Assembly (NCBI GenBank): GCA_951406725.2
Contig: OX597840.1
Span: 15,190,001-15,254,000, forward strand
Direction: 5' to 3'
Source of the DNA: Octopus vulgaris
Taxonomy: Eukaryota
Length of the DNA stretch: 64,000 nucleotides
In this document: in pieces, positions 36,775 to 50,447 of the stretch
Position numbering within the stretch: position 1 is the stretch's first letter
Layout of the letters: every line of letters begins with the position of its first letter
Program-made: the position numbers and the translations under genes
The notes under the pieces: model-generated
What the model saw: only the letters and a program-made list of their open reading frames with translations
What the model was told of the DNA's origin: nothing
Database searches by the model: none

Positions 36775-37283
36775 CGCATGCTCAGTGGAAACCAGAAAAC
36801 ACTGTTTCTGGTAAATTAAATTAGGGAAGAAATTAAGCTCTGCATCTTGCTCCCTTGCTGAATTTTTCTGAAGGAAGTTGATCATAATGGTGTGTTGGTA
36901 TTTGATATGCAGTGAGAAGGAAAGCTTGAGCAAGGAATCAACAGTGTTGGGGGCTGAATATAATTTGCATTTAGCCATTCTATAGAATTATTTCAGTCTT
37001 TGGAGATTTTTACTAAGTCAATTATTTGTAAAGTTTGTTCTTCATTCTATTGTAACACTCTATTCACATGTTATCATGTGATGCTGTACATATATACATA
37101 TATGTGTGTGTGTGTATATACACACACACACATGCACACAGAAATATGTCTATATGTATGTGTGTATATATAAATGTGTGTATGTATATAGATAGATAGA
37201 TAGATAGATAGATAAATAGATATATTGATAAGTAGACAGATAGATAGATAGATGGATAAATAGATAGATAGATAGATAGAGAT

Positions 37284-38490
37284 ATCTTTTTTAGTCACAC
37301 AGGGCCGAACACAGAGGGGATAAAATACAATTTAGAGCTTTTTTACGAAAGGAAAAAAAGAAGAAAATAGATAGAAAAGGAGGAAAAAATTCAGATCAAA
37401 AGGGATCGTGTAAAAAAAAAGAATCCAATCAAAAGGGATTGTGTATCACAGAACAGAGTAAAAATATGGAAAACAGATTTGGCTTATCCATGGAAAGAAA
37501 AGCCTATGAAAAAGATCACAGTAAACTCAGGCAGGGCGGGAAAAACACATGAGAGCAAAGGACTCTCTCTCTCTCTCTTGGATTTACTGGATCATGCTCA
37601 AAGTGGTTTTGTCATTCACACATACCATCTTTGCTACATTTACCCACCTTTTATTGTAACTTTCATGAGACAAAGCTTCCCTCTCTACTCTCACCTACCT
37701 TTTCAAGTGGTACTTGAAAAAGTTGATGAGTGATTGGCCAGTGATTTGTCTTTAAACCTTTCACTCAAGTCCACCACACACATTCTTTCACCATGACCAC
37801 CAGTACAATGAAAACTGCCTTGCCTTCTGATTAAGGGAAGGTGGTGGAGCACTTTTCAGGATAGACTCGGCTGACAACCTAATTCATCCATGTGGCAGCA
37901 GCCATTCGCCATAAGCCCACAGGTCTAAAATGGTTGGACACTGCACAAGTGCATGCAGAATGGTTTCGTCACTCTGACTGCATCCTAGTCAAGTTGGTCC
38001 AGTGTATCTCAAGCTGTGCCTGTAGAGCTTATCCCAAACAGGCAGAGCTTCCTGATAGCACTGCCAGGCCAGGGATCTCTGGTGATTATCCATAGGTCCC
38101 GGCCCAAAAGTTGTCCTGAACAGGCAGCTCAGGTGTACCTTGTCAACACCCAGATTGTCCCCAGGAACGTCGTCGCACCTACCCTCCACTAATCCTCTAT
38201 AGAAAACCTTCAAGGAATTGAAGTTGCACAAGTTTGGTCCCAGATGGCAGAGTCACTTGAGAACAAGACAGCACTCACAGTGCCATTTGCCTAGCCTCGG
38301 TCTCTGTTTGATCAATGACTGCAGCTCGGCTAAACAGACAAGTTGCAGGAAAGCACGCCTCACAAACGGTGACCACAAACTGTTCACTATCGTCTATGAA
38401 GTGCCAGAGATGTCATAGTCTCAGCACATGTCTGTGCATCATCAGCCACGGCATGCCCAGCCCTCCATTTAGCTGGTGTTGACAGCAAAA
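37284..38490 (-). pseudogene. 5'-truncated L1/Tx1-clade LINE: decayed ORF2 C-terminus (about 37584-38490) plus 3' UTR
   Basis: CQHQLNGGLGMPWL motif; zf-RVT-like AWQCYQEALPVWDKL...PT*LGCSQSDETILHALVQCP; ends RWVNVAKMVCVNDKTTLSMIQ*; several stops and frameshifts. Confidence 0.85.
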
Positions 38491-38492
38491 GA

Positions 38493-38534
<42 letters not shown>

Positions 38535-38696
38535 TGATAGACAGAGGTGGATAGGTAGATAGATAGATTGACAGACTTATACTGGTTTTTGAGTGGGCTT
38601 TAGCTACTAATATCTCTTTATATGTATATATATGTGAGTGCATGTTTATGTGTATTTACCATACTCTCTATCTGTTGTGTGTGTGTATGCATGTGT

Positions 38697-38729
<33 letters not shown>

Positions 38730-39063
38730 ACATGATTGGCACTCATGCCAGTGGAACATTAAAAGCACCATCTGAGCGTGATTGTTGCCAGGGCCACTGA
38801 TTGGTTCTCGTGCCAGTGGCACATAAAAAGCTCCATTCAAGCGTGATTGTTGCTAGCATCACCTTACTGGCACATGTGGGTGCTTTTACGTAAAAGCACC
38901 CACTACACTCTCAGAGTAGTTAGCATTAGGAAGGGCATCCAGCTGTAGAAACTTTGCCGGATCAGATTGGAGCCTGGTGCAGCCATCTGGCTCGCCAGTC
39001 CTCAGTCAAACCGTCCAACCCATGGAAAGCAGGCGTTAAACAATGATGATGATGATGATGATA
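38730..39063 (+). mobile_element. RTE 3'-UTR fragment with (GAT)n tail
   Basis: Tandem GCCAGTGGCACATAAAAAGCWCCA-like units, then the RTE tail. Confidence 0.8.
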
Positions 39064-40379
39064 TATATATGTATAAAGAGAGAGAGAGTGGAGGAGGAGG
39101 AGGATATATTATCATTTTCCGTGTGTGTGTGAGTGAATATGTGTATGAGTAGGTATGTGACAGTGTGTGCTAGTGTGTGTCTGTGCAAATATGTTTGTCT
39201 TTGCATGTCTCTGAATTGACCCCATTTCAGCTCTGCTCACATTGTGTCTGTCTCCCCATAAATAAAATGAAGTGAAGTAAGGCACTTCAGTTACCATATT
39301 CGATGGCATTGAAGATGCCACTTTTCTTTCAAAAAGCAGGTCTCAAAAGCTTCAACCCAGGTCCAAAATGTGAAGTTGGGCGTTAATGCCCTGAAGACCT
39401 TTTCCCCCACAAAAAAGCACAGTTGAAATAAGCCTGTGTGGTGTCTCTCATGTGATCGAATACAGAAAAAGCAAAGGTTGGCCTCGGGAAGAGCATCCAG
39501 CTGTAGATCCTGGCTCTAAGGAACCTCTTGTCAATTATTTAACCTCTGTCAAGTATTGACAAGAAGGGATCCCCTATTGGAAGTGTGTGTGTATGTGTGA
39601 ATGTGTGTGTGTCTATATGTATGTGTGTGTAGGCATTGTGCATCAAGATAGAGGCAGGTGTCTCCAATAACGAAACATGTTCTATCATTCTCTCTGTTTC
39701 TCATTGTTCCTATCTTTTTCCATCTCTGCTTTCTTCTTGCTCTCTTTCCCTTTCTCTCTCTCTCTCTCTCCCTCACTCTTTTGATCTTTCTCTCCTCTCT
39801 TTTCTCACTTCTGTCACTCCAGCTCTCTCTCTCTTTTCTGCTCTCTCCTTTTCTCTCTCTCTCTCTCTCTCTCACCTCCTCTATTACTTCTGTCTTTCCT
39901 CTTTCACTCTTCATTCCTCTGCTCCCACCCACCCATTCTACTTGCAACCAAAGAAAATAGCCTCCAGCTACTTAATTAAACCATATTACATCGTCACCTC
40001 CATCAAAACATTTTCCCCTCCAGGGGAAATATGTACTCACATCAAGAAACCTCTGCAATAAAATTAAGTTCTGCTTTTTGTATTTTTTCTGTTCTTTCCT
40101 TTTCTTAACACATTTTCTTCTTGCTATTTTTGTTGTGGTTTTCCTTGGACTACCCCTCCTTGACATCTCCCTCTTCCCTTCCCCTCTGCCTCTTCCCCCT
40201 CCCCTCGATAACAATGTTATATGAAATGGTAAAAAGTTAAGGTAAACAAGCAAAAACAAATTTTCCTAAATATAATTAATTAGTTTAAGCATTGTTGTTG
40301 TTGTTGTTGTTACAGGTGTTCATGTTGACGGTAGGTGGGTGGAAGGGGGCATATTGTCTTGCACTTGTAGGTGTTATAT

Positions 40380-40800
40380 TTACTGATGGTGTTTGTGGTG
40401 GTAATGGTGGTGGTGGTGGTGGCAGTGATAATGACGACGACAATGATGCTACTACTGTTGCTGATGTTGATGATGCTGATGATGACGACAATGATGCTGT
40501 TGATGATGATGATTACGATGATGGTGATAATGACGATGAGGCTGTTGATGTTGGTGATGATGATGATGGTGATGGAGATGATGTTTATGATGATGATGAT
40601 GGTGATGGTAATGATGATGATGATGATGGTGATGATGGGTGGTGGTGGTGATGGTTGTGATGATGATGGTGATGATAATGGTGATTTTGATGATGTTGTT
40701 GATGATAGTGGCAGTGGTGGTAATGATGGTGATGATGATGATGGTGGTGGTGATGATGATGACAATGATGATGATTTCGATGATGGTGATGATGATGAGG
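40380..40800. repeat. Degenerate (GAT/GGT)n trinucleotide array
   Basis: Seen directly; gives poly-D/G/H/M pseudo-ORFs. Confidence 0.9.
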
Positions 40801-41367
40801 GTGAGGCCCTTTCTGTTGTTGATGTTCTTTTTAGTTTTGCCGTTATTGTTGTTCTTGTTTGTATTTATGTTGCTCATCATAACATCACGTTAAGACTGGC
40901 TCACGACCATCCCTCACTTAATACTCCCATCATCATCATCATCATCAACAACACCACCACCACCACCACTATGGAAGCCTGCCAACATTGTCCAGCCTCT
41001 CCCTCGCTACCATCATCTTAAAGAAAAAAAAGGAAAGACACAATTTATAAACTGTCAAACTACCTGCAAAATAAAAAGTAAAGATAAGATGATCACGACT
41101 GGAATGTCTTTGATCATTGTTCTCCTGTTGAATGTGGGTTAACCTGGGGCTAAAGGATAACAATATTCTTCAACAGAATCTGCACAAAATTGTGATGAGC
41201 TTTTTTTTTTAATTTTTTTTTTTTGCTTTGATTTCTAATTAGAGTTTGTGTGTTTGGATGTGACTGGATAAAGCAATAGGCACACACATTCCTACACGTC
41301 TGTATGTCTGTGAGTGTATATATGTATGCATGTATGCATTTATGTATGTAGTATGTATGTATGCATG

Positions 41368-41398
<31 letters not shown>

Positions 41399-41974
41399 GT
41401 ATATATGTATATATGCATGCATGTATGTAGTATGTATGTAACACATGTATATATATATGTATATATATATATATGTGTATATATGTATGCATGTAAATAG
41501 ATAGATAGATAATTAGACAGACAGACAGACAGACAGATAGATAGATAATTAGACACATAGAGAGACAAACAGACAGATAGATAGATAATTAGACACAAAG
41601 AGAGACAAACAGACAGATAGATAAATAGACAGAAATATAGACAGACAGATGGATAGATAGAGAGACGGAGAGACAGTTAGACACACAGACAGATAAGCTG
41701 GTAGACAGATGAGACATACACACATTTACACATATTTGTGTGCATGCCACTAGAGACAGGTATAGTACACACATCCACACACACATCCACACACACATCC
41801 ACACACACACACGTGTACATGTGTGTGTGTTTTCAAAGCCATTTGTACTCTTAACATGATCTTCGTTTAGGTTCAACATGACATGCCTTGGAACTAAACT
41901 GGCTTTGCAAATAAGGTGTGCATATGTATGTGTGTGTGGATGTGTGTGTGGATGTGTGTGTGTGTATGTTCTTT

Positions 41975-42738
41975 ATTTTTTTATTTGTTTCAGTCATTTG
42001 ATTGCGGCCATGCTGGAGCACTGCCTTCAGTTGAATGAATCGATCTCAGGACTTATTCTTTGTAAGCCTAGTACTTATTCTGTCGGTCTCTTCCACCAAA
42101 CAGCTAAGTTACAGGGACGTAAACACACCAATATCAGTTGTCAAGTGGTGGTGGTGGGGGGAGGGGGGCAAACACAGGCACAAACATATCTACACACACA
42201 CACACACGACGGGCTTTTTTCAGTTTCCATGTACCAAATCCACTCACAAGGCTATAGTAGAAGACACTTGCCCAAGGTGCCATGCAGTGCGACTGAACCT
42301 GGAACCATGTGGTTGGTAAGCAAGCTACTTATCACACAACCACACATATATATATATATGTATGTATGTATGGTAAGAAGCTTGCTTCCCAACCACATGG
42401 TTTCAAGTTCAGTCCCACTGCGTGGCACCTTGGACAAGTATCTTCTACTATAACCTTGTTAGTGGATTTGGTTGATGGAAACTGAAAGAAGCCCATCGTG
42501 TGCATGTGTGTGTATTTGTGTGTGTGTGTGTGTGTGTGTGTGCTTGTGTTTGTCCCCCACCGGTATTGGTGTGTTGACATCCCTATAACCTAGCAGTTCA
42601 GTGAAGGAGACCAATAGAAAAAGTAGCTGCTTAAAAAATTCTCCTGGGGTCAATCCATTCAACTAAAAGTTGGTCCATGCAGTGCCCCAGCATGGCCACA
42701 GTCAAAAGACTGAAACAAGTAAAAGATAAAAGATAAAG
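41975..42738. mobile_element. Head-to-head pair of family A SINEs
   Basis: Minus copy about 41975-42342; plus copy about 42370-42738. Confidence 0.85.
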
Positions 42739-43284
42739 ATGTGTGTGTTTGTGTGTGAAGGTGCATGACCTATTATCATAAGATTGTGGTTTCAATCCCA
42801 AGACTGGTTAGCATGTTGTATCCTTGAGCAAAAACATGTAATTTCCTCTCACCCCAGTCTGCTCAGCTGTAAACAAGTACCAAACAGTGCTAGTGCTTCC
42901 CTCTTTCTGCCTCCATCTGTCACATCTTTCATATTCCACTGGATCAAGAATGGGAGGGCCAGGGAGGACTGTCTGTGTCTGTGTTTGTTCACAACTACAA
43001 ACATATGATAATCCCTCGACTATCGCAAGTGTTACATTCCAGAACCCCCAGCGATAAGTGAAAATCCGCCAAGTAGAAACATTACTGTATATTTTTTTAT
43101 ATTTTTATAATTTGTATATATTTATTTTATTATAAATGCAAAATAACACCACACACTCACCTCCTGAGTTTTGTTTTCCATACAGTATGCACGATTCTTT
43201 GTTTACTCATCTATGGTACACTTAAGTATTTTCTTTATATGTATTTTAATTAATGTATTATACACTGCAGTACCGTATTGTATT

Positions 43285-43630
43285 TTTACCTCCGCCTTAG
43301 CAAAGCAGAGGTATTGTTTTCAGTTGTGTTTGTTTGTTTGTCTGTAGACAAGATATCTCAAGAACCACTGGATGGACTCAGATGAAACTTTCAGGGATGT
43401 TTGGCCTTGTGAATGACATAAACTGATTAAATTTTGGGATCAATCTGGTACCAAATAAGGATTCTGGATTATTTTTCTGTTTTTTTTTTCTTAATTTTTG
43501 AGAGTGGTCAGGCTCATTTTTATTATTCTCGTTTGTGAGAGTAGTTAAGTTTATTTCAGATATTCTCATTTTAAAAATCATCATTGAGAGGACGTTGGTG
43601 TTGCTTTGGTGGAGGTTTTTGCTCTTGTTA
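43285..43630 (+). mobile_element. HINE/DINE-1-like element, second copy
   Basis: Colinear with 7941-8282. Confidence 0.7.
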
Positions 43631-43825
43631 TTTATTAATTTTTAGGCATGAAAGTGTTTATTTTACCACAGAAATAATTAAAATCTAAGAAAATATAAAT
43701 ACCTTTCAGCTGCAGAAACCCGCAATATACTAAGGAGTCTGCGATATAAATTAGCCAGAAAAATTCGCAACATACTGAGGGCACAATAGGTGAACCATGA
43801 TAGGGTAAGGGATATTATTTACATT

Positions 43826-44475
43826 ATTTACATTTGACGGATATTTGTCCTCATCTTGTTTATTGCTAACACAATGTTTCGGCCTTCATCAGGTGTCTTG
43901 GAGAAATTTCAAACCTAGGTTCTCATTCCTAAGGATTTTTCCGATGTTATTATTATCATTATTGAGTGAGAGAGCAGTGCATGCCATCAAAGTGACAGTG
44001 AGGTAAAATATACGAAGCCCAGTATACCCATCATGACTACCTGTCTGATAAGGGTGCACCAGGCACATGCATCACAACCATTTGTGCACAACATGGTGAT
44101 CTCATATCAAGATAGACAGTACATGACCTTGCAGGTGGAGCCCAGTTAGAATTTTCTTCTGGTTGAATAACTCATCCTGCTCAAAAGGTCCCTGAATAAG
44201 GGTTGTTTAAGGATGTTGAATGAAAGATTCTGAGTTCAATTCCAGTCAGTGACCTGAATAATAATAATAACAACAACAACAACAACAATAATAATAAATA
44301 ATAATAATAATTATAATAATAATAACAACAACAACATCATCATTAAAAAAATACCTTAGGAATGAGAACCCAGGTTCAAAATTTCTCCAAGACACCTGAT
44401 GATGGCTGGAGTGTCTATCAGCTGAAACATGTTAACAAACAAGATGAGGACAAATATCCGACAAATGCAAATAAT
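43826..44475. mobile_element. Inverted pair of Penelope-like pseudo-LTRs with hammerhead motifs (43868-43897 minus; 44391-44433 plus)
   Basis: 43826-43960 is the reverse complement of about 44320-44475; both arms carry GACAC-CTGATGA...GAAAC. Confidence 0.7.
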
Positions 44476-44776
44476 TCCTCATCTCTTAAATATAGAACTG
44501 TATAGCAAGGGATTACTGTACATGAAAATAGTTAAACCAGTGGAAGGGTAATACAGGCCATCTGGTTACATTCTCTCACAAGGGATTCTAATGTTTTGTT
44601 TTATACACATCCACACGCACACAGTCATGCATGCATGCACGTGTAAAAGAAGCTCTGTACCCCTGAGTCATTAACATAGCTTCTCAGCTGCAATAAAATC
44701 ATACAAGCACTCTGTTTTATGTATTGAGTTCTGTTTTTGCATAAACTATTTTTTTATACACACACACATGCATATA

Positions 44777-45165
44777 CAGGGTTATTCAAAAAGAAAGAGC
44801 AGATTTCAAATTTATTTTTAAAACAAACGGTAAGAGACACATTCTACCTATTTCTTGATAGGGAAAAGTTTAAAGTTTATAGTTGAACATGATCAATTGA
44901 ATTAAGCCTTAAATAAAATGTTTTAATGGCGACACCACAAGAAAAGTCTTTTTGTGTACTGCAGTTTGAGAAATGCAAATTGATTGTGCAAGTGGAATGT
45001 GAATTTCGCTGCCAATTCAATAAAAATCCACCTTGTCACAAGCAAATTTACAAATGGCATAAAAATTTCACAGTAAAAGGTTTCAATGTTTGTCGAGCAA
45101 CACGTGGTGCTCATGTTGAGTGCATACTACCTTAAAATAAACTTTAAACCTTCCCCTAACAAGAA
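44777..45165 (+). pseudogene. Internally deleted Tc1/mariner-superfamily element (DUF4817-like HTH N-terminus joined to the extreme C-terminus)
   Basis: TA-CAGGGTTATTCAAAAAG start; ORF 44926-45135 MATPQEKSFCVLQF...PPCHKQIYKWHKNFTVKG joined to VCRATRGAHVE. Confidence 0.75.
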
Positions 45166-45169
45166 ATAT

Positions 45170-45582
45170 CTGTGTGGTAAGTAGTTTGCTTCCCAACTTC
45201 ATGGTTTCGGGTTCAGTCCCATGACGTGGCACTTTGGGCAAGTATCTTCTACTATAAGCCTTGGGCCAACCAAAGACTTGTGAGTGGATTTGGTAGGCAA
45301 AAAGTGAAAGAAGCCCTTCACATATATATGTACATATATATGTTTGTGTGTCTATATATACATATATATATATGTGTGTTTGTGCATCTATGTTTCTCCA
45401 CCCCTCACCATCACTTGATAACCAATGTTGGTGTGTTTACATCCCCATAACTTAGCAGTTTGGCAAAAGAGACAGGTAGAATAAGACTTATAAGGAATAA
45501 GTCCTGGGATTGATTTGTTCGACTAAAGGCAGTGCTCCAGCATGGCTGCAGTCAAATGACTGAAGCAAGTAAAAGAATAAAA

Positions 45583-45585
<3 letters not shown>
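45170..45585 (+). mobile_element. Family A SINE
   Basis: By-eye alignment to family A. Confidence 0.88.
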
Positions 45586-46790
<1,205 letters not shown>

Positions 46791-47059
46791 TATAAATGAA
46801 TGTATAGATACTTGCGTGTGTATGTGAATTTATATGCATACAGACATACATATACTGATGTGGACATGCCTCTGTAATCTTTTTCCATTGTCTGCCTTGT
46901 AAACACAATCATGCCTGAATGCACGCACTGATGCACAGACGCACACACTGGGTTGCGTGATTTCTTAGGTTTCATGATTAAGGAAAGAAGGGAAAAAAAT
47001 CTATTTCTCACATTTTGACTTTTATCTTGTGGATGAGAATCAATCTTGTTGTATTTGTC

Positions 47060-47430
47060 GTTACTGATGTTGTTGTAACTGGGATTGTGTTGCTGCTGCT
47101 GCTGTTGTTGTTGTTGTTGTTGCTACAGTTTTTGTTGCTACGGCTGTTGTTGTTGTTGCTGTTGTCGCTGTTGTTGTTGCTGGGATTGTTGTTGCCACTG
47201 TTGTTGCTGTTCTTGTTGTTGTTGCTGTTCTTGTTCTTGTTGCTGTTCTTGTTGTTGTTGCTGTTCTTGTTCTTGTTGCTGTTCTTGTTGTTGTTGCTGT
47301 TCTTGTTGTTGTTGTTCTTGTTGTTGTTGCTGTTCTTGTTGTTGTTGTTGTTGCTGTTCTTATTGTTGTTGTTGGTGGTGGTGTTGAGGCTGCTGCTGCT
47401 TTTATTGTTGTTGTTGCAGTTACTGCTGCT
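47060..47430. repeat. (GTT/GCT/CTT)n trinucleotide array
   Basis: Seen directly; gives poly-L/C/T pseudo-ORFs. Confidence 0.9.
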
Positions 47431-48174
47431 GGCGCCCTCATTGTTTGTTCTTGTAGATGCTGCTGATTATCATAATGGTCATGGTAGGGGTGAGGGTGGG
47501 GGTATTGGTGGTGTTGCTTCTGTTGGTGATGACGACGACGGTGTCATTCAGTCTTGTTGATGATGACAATGATGATATTTTAGTTGCTGTTGTTGATGTT
47601 GTTGTTGCTGTAGCTGCTGTGTGTGTCGATATTTCAATTGGTTTTCATTAAGTTAACGAAGTAAGATCTTATCGAATCAAAACCCAGATGTAAATATAAC
47701 AACCGCCGAAGGGATAAAACATACATTACATATATATATACATACACACATATATATATACACACACACACACACATAATACACACACACGTACATATAA
47801 TACACACACACACATAATACACACACATATGATATACATGCACACATAATACACACACAACACACACACACACTGAAAAAGCTGTCAACTTATGGAATAA
47901 GTGTCCATTCTCTCACTTCACTTCTCTGATCTGGTCGAGTTTTATATACATACATACATACATATATACATATATATAGTTACTCCAAACATGAACAAAG
48001 AAAAAACACAACAACACGAGGATGTGGAACAAGTATAGTGTTATTGGATGCTCAGGAAAGGAAACAAAGAAGGAGGATTTAACGTTTTGAGCGAAGCTCT
48101 TCATAAAAATCGAAAAGTCCAAGGAAGGGAAGACAGAGAAAGAAAATCGCCGATAGACACGTGGTCATGCACAC

Positions 48175-49570
48175 ATCATCATCATCATCATCATTTAACG
48201 TCCGCTTTCCATGCTAGCATGGGTTGGACGATTTGACTGAGGTCTGGCGAACCAGACTCCAATCTGATCTAGCAGAGTTTCTACAGCTGGATGCCCTTCC
48301 TAACACCAACCACTCCGAGAGTGTAGTGGGTGCTTTTATGTGCCACCGGGACGAGGGCCAGTTTGGTGGTACTGGCAACGGCCACACCCAAATGGTGCTT
48401 TTTATATGCCACCTGCACAGGAGCCAGTCCAGTGGCACTGGCGATGACCTCGCTCGAATATTTCACATGCCATCAGCACAAGTGCTAGTAAGGCAGCGCG
48501 GTAACGATCACACATGAAAAGTGTGCTTAACGTGCCATCGGCACGGAGGCCAGCTTGTTGCTCTGGCAACGATCTCACTCGTATGGTACTCTTAGGGCTC
48601 CACTAGCAACAGATGCCAGTCACTGAGTTTGATTTCAACTTCGATTTTCACTTGCCTCAACTGGTCTTCGCAAGCAGAGTTTAGTGTCCAATGAAGAAAG
48701 GCACACATAAGTGGACTGGTTACACCTCTAGCATAGGCCACAAGGTTATGGTCACACTTGCGCTTGCCGAGTCTTCTGCAGCACAGTATATATTTCCAGA
48801 GGTCCCGGTCACTATCATTGCCTCATTTGAAGGTCATGCTTCACCACCTCATCTCAGGTCTTCCTGGGTCTACCTCTTCCACAGGTTCCCTCAACTGCTA
48901 GGGTGTGGCACTTTTTCACACAGCTATCCACATCCATTCTCACACATGACCATACCAGCGCAATCGTCTCCCTTGTACACCACATCTGATGCTTCTTAGG
49001 TCCAACCTTTCTCTCAGGGCACTAACTCTCTGTCGAGTATGCACACTGACATTACACATCCATCGGAGCATGCTGGCTTCATTCCTTGGAAGCTTACGCA
49101 TATCCTCAGCAGTCACGGTCCATGTAGCATGGCTGTTCGTAAACATGCATCGTACAGTCTACCTTTTACTCTGAGCGAGAGGCCCTTTGTCACCAGCAGA
49201 GGTAAGAGCTCTCTGAACTTAGCCCAGGCAATTCTTATTCTAGCAGCTACACTTTCAGTGCACCCTCCCCCAATACTGACTTGGTCACCTAGGTAACAGA
49301 AGCTATCAACTACTTCTAGTTTTTCTCCCTGGAATGTGGCGGAAGTTGTTCTCTGAACATTTTCAGTGTTATTTATAGCGCCTGAGCATCTGCCACATAC
49401 AAAAACTATCCTCACAGTTAGCCTTCCTTTGATAATGCTGCACCTCTTATGTGTCCAGAGCTTACACTGGATACATCTTATAAAGTTTCTACCTACGCCT
49501 TTTCTACAGATCAAGCAGGGTTTGTGGTTTGCCTGCCTTCCTACTTATTAGGACTTTAGTTTTAGCTACA
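48175..49570 (-). pseudogene. 5'-truncated RTE-clade LINE: RT C-terminus with PHD finger (coding about 48752-49570) plus 3' UTR and (GAT)n tail
   Basis: AKTKVL, LEVVDSFCYLGD, RIRIAWAKFREL, RRLRWYGHV and GRGRPRKT*DEVV motifs typical of RTE ORFs; frameshifted. Confidence 0.92.
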
Positions 49571-49574
49571 CGCT

Positions 49575-49633
<59 letters not shown>

Positions 49634-50286
49634 CTATTTATATGTACATATATATATATATATATATATCTATATTACATATATATTACATATATATTTC
49701 TATATATATGTACATAAATATATATACACACACACACTCATGTATATACATACACACACTCACACGCACACGCATACACACATTTACATATGCACACACA
49801 CACGTTTAACAAAAGAGGAAAGTGGAAATTTTTTGGTTTTATTTATTGTCCATTATTTCATAATTCACAATTTTAATATGTATTTTGAGTAACACACAAC
49901 AGCAACTGTGACCACACATAGGGTTTGTAATAATGGAATAAGCAGATGTTCTTCATAAGACAAAAGCTGAGATTATCCTAATTACCTATATAATAAATAT
50001 ATATATTCTTAGCAAGGTTACCAATGGTTTCATGTAAAGAGGGATCTGTTATCAATTACCAATTGTCATGTGTGACATGAACTTATATATGTAACTTGGT
50101 GTATCCTCATCCAATATGGAGACAAGTAGCAGCTTTCTTATGTGGCAGGATCAATAATTGTTGAGAGACTGCTTGTTGCATGAAACATTTGGTAACCTTG
50201 TTAATCCACAAATACAGAATATTTATTCACTATTGTCGTATTGAGCATACTCATTCTCATCACTGTTTGATATTAGCATGTCTGTG

Positions 50287-50304
<18 letters not shown>

Positions 50305-50334
<30 letters not shown>

Positions 50335-50447
50335 TGTATGTATGTATGTATGTATGTATGTATGTATGTATGTATGTATGTATGTATGTATGTATGTATG
50401 TATGTATGTATGTATGTATGTATGTATGTATGTATGTATGTATGTAT
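50305..50447. repeat. Pure (ATGT)n microsatellite
   Basis: Seen directly. Confidence 0.97.

Larger units (their letters stand above)
43008..44520. mobile_element. Tigger/pogo-like MITE carrying nested insertions
   Basis: Ends TAATCCCTCGACTAT / ATAGCAAGGGATTACTG-TA; interrupted by a HINE-like copy and by the fold-back element. Confidence 0.55.

Noticed and set aside
40292-41021. Asp/Gly-rich or His-rich ORFs resembling biomineral or beak proteins
   Set aside because: Degenerate (GAT)n tract like many others here; open in most frames.
47015-47560. Poly-Leu, poly-Cys (metallothionein-like) and poly-Thr ORFs
   Set aside because: Trinucleotide (GTT)n array; no splice or homology support.
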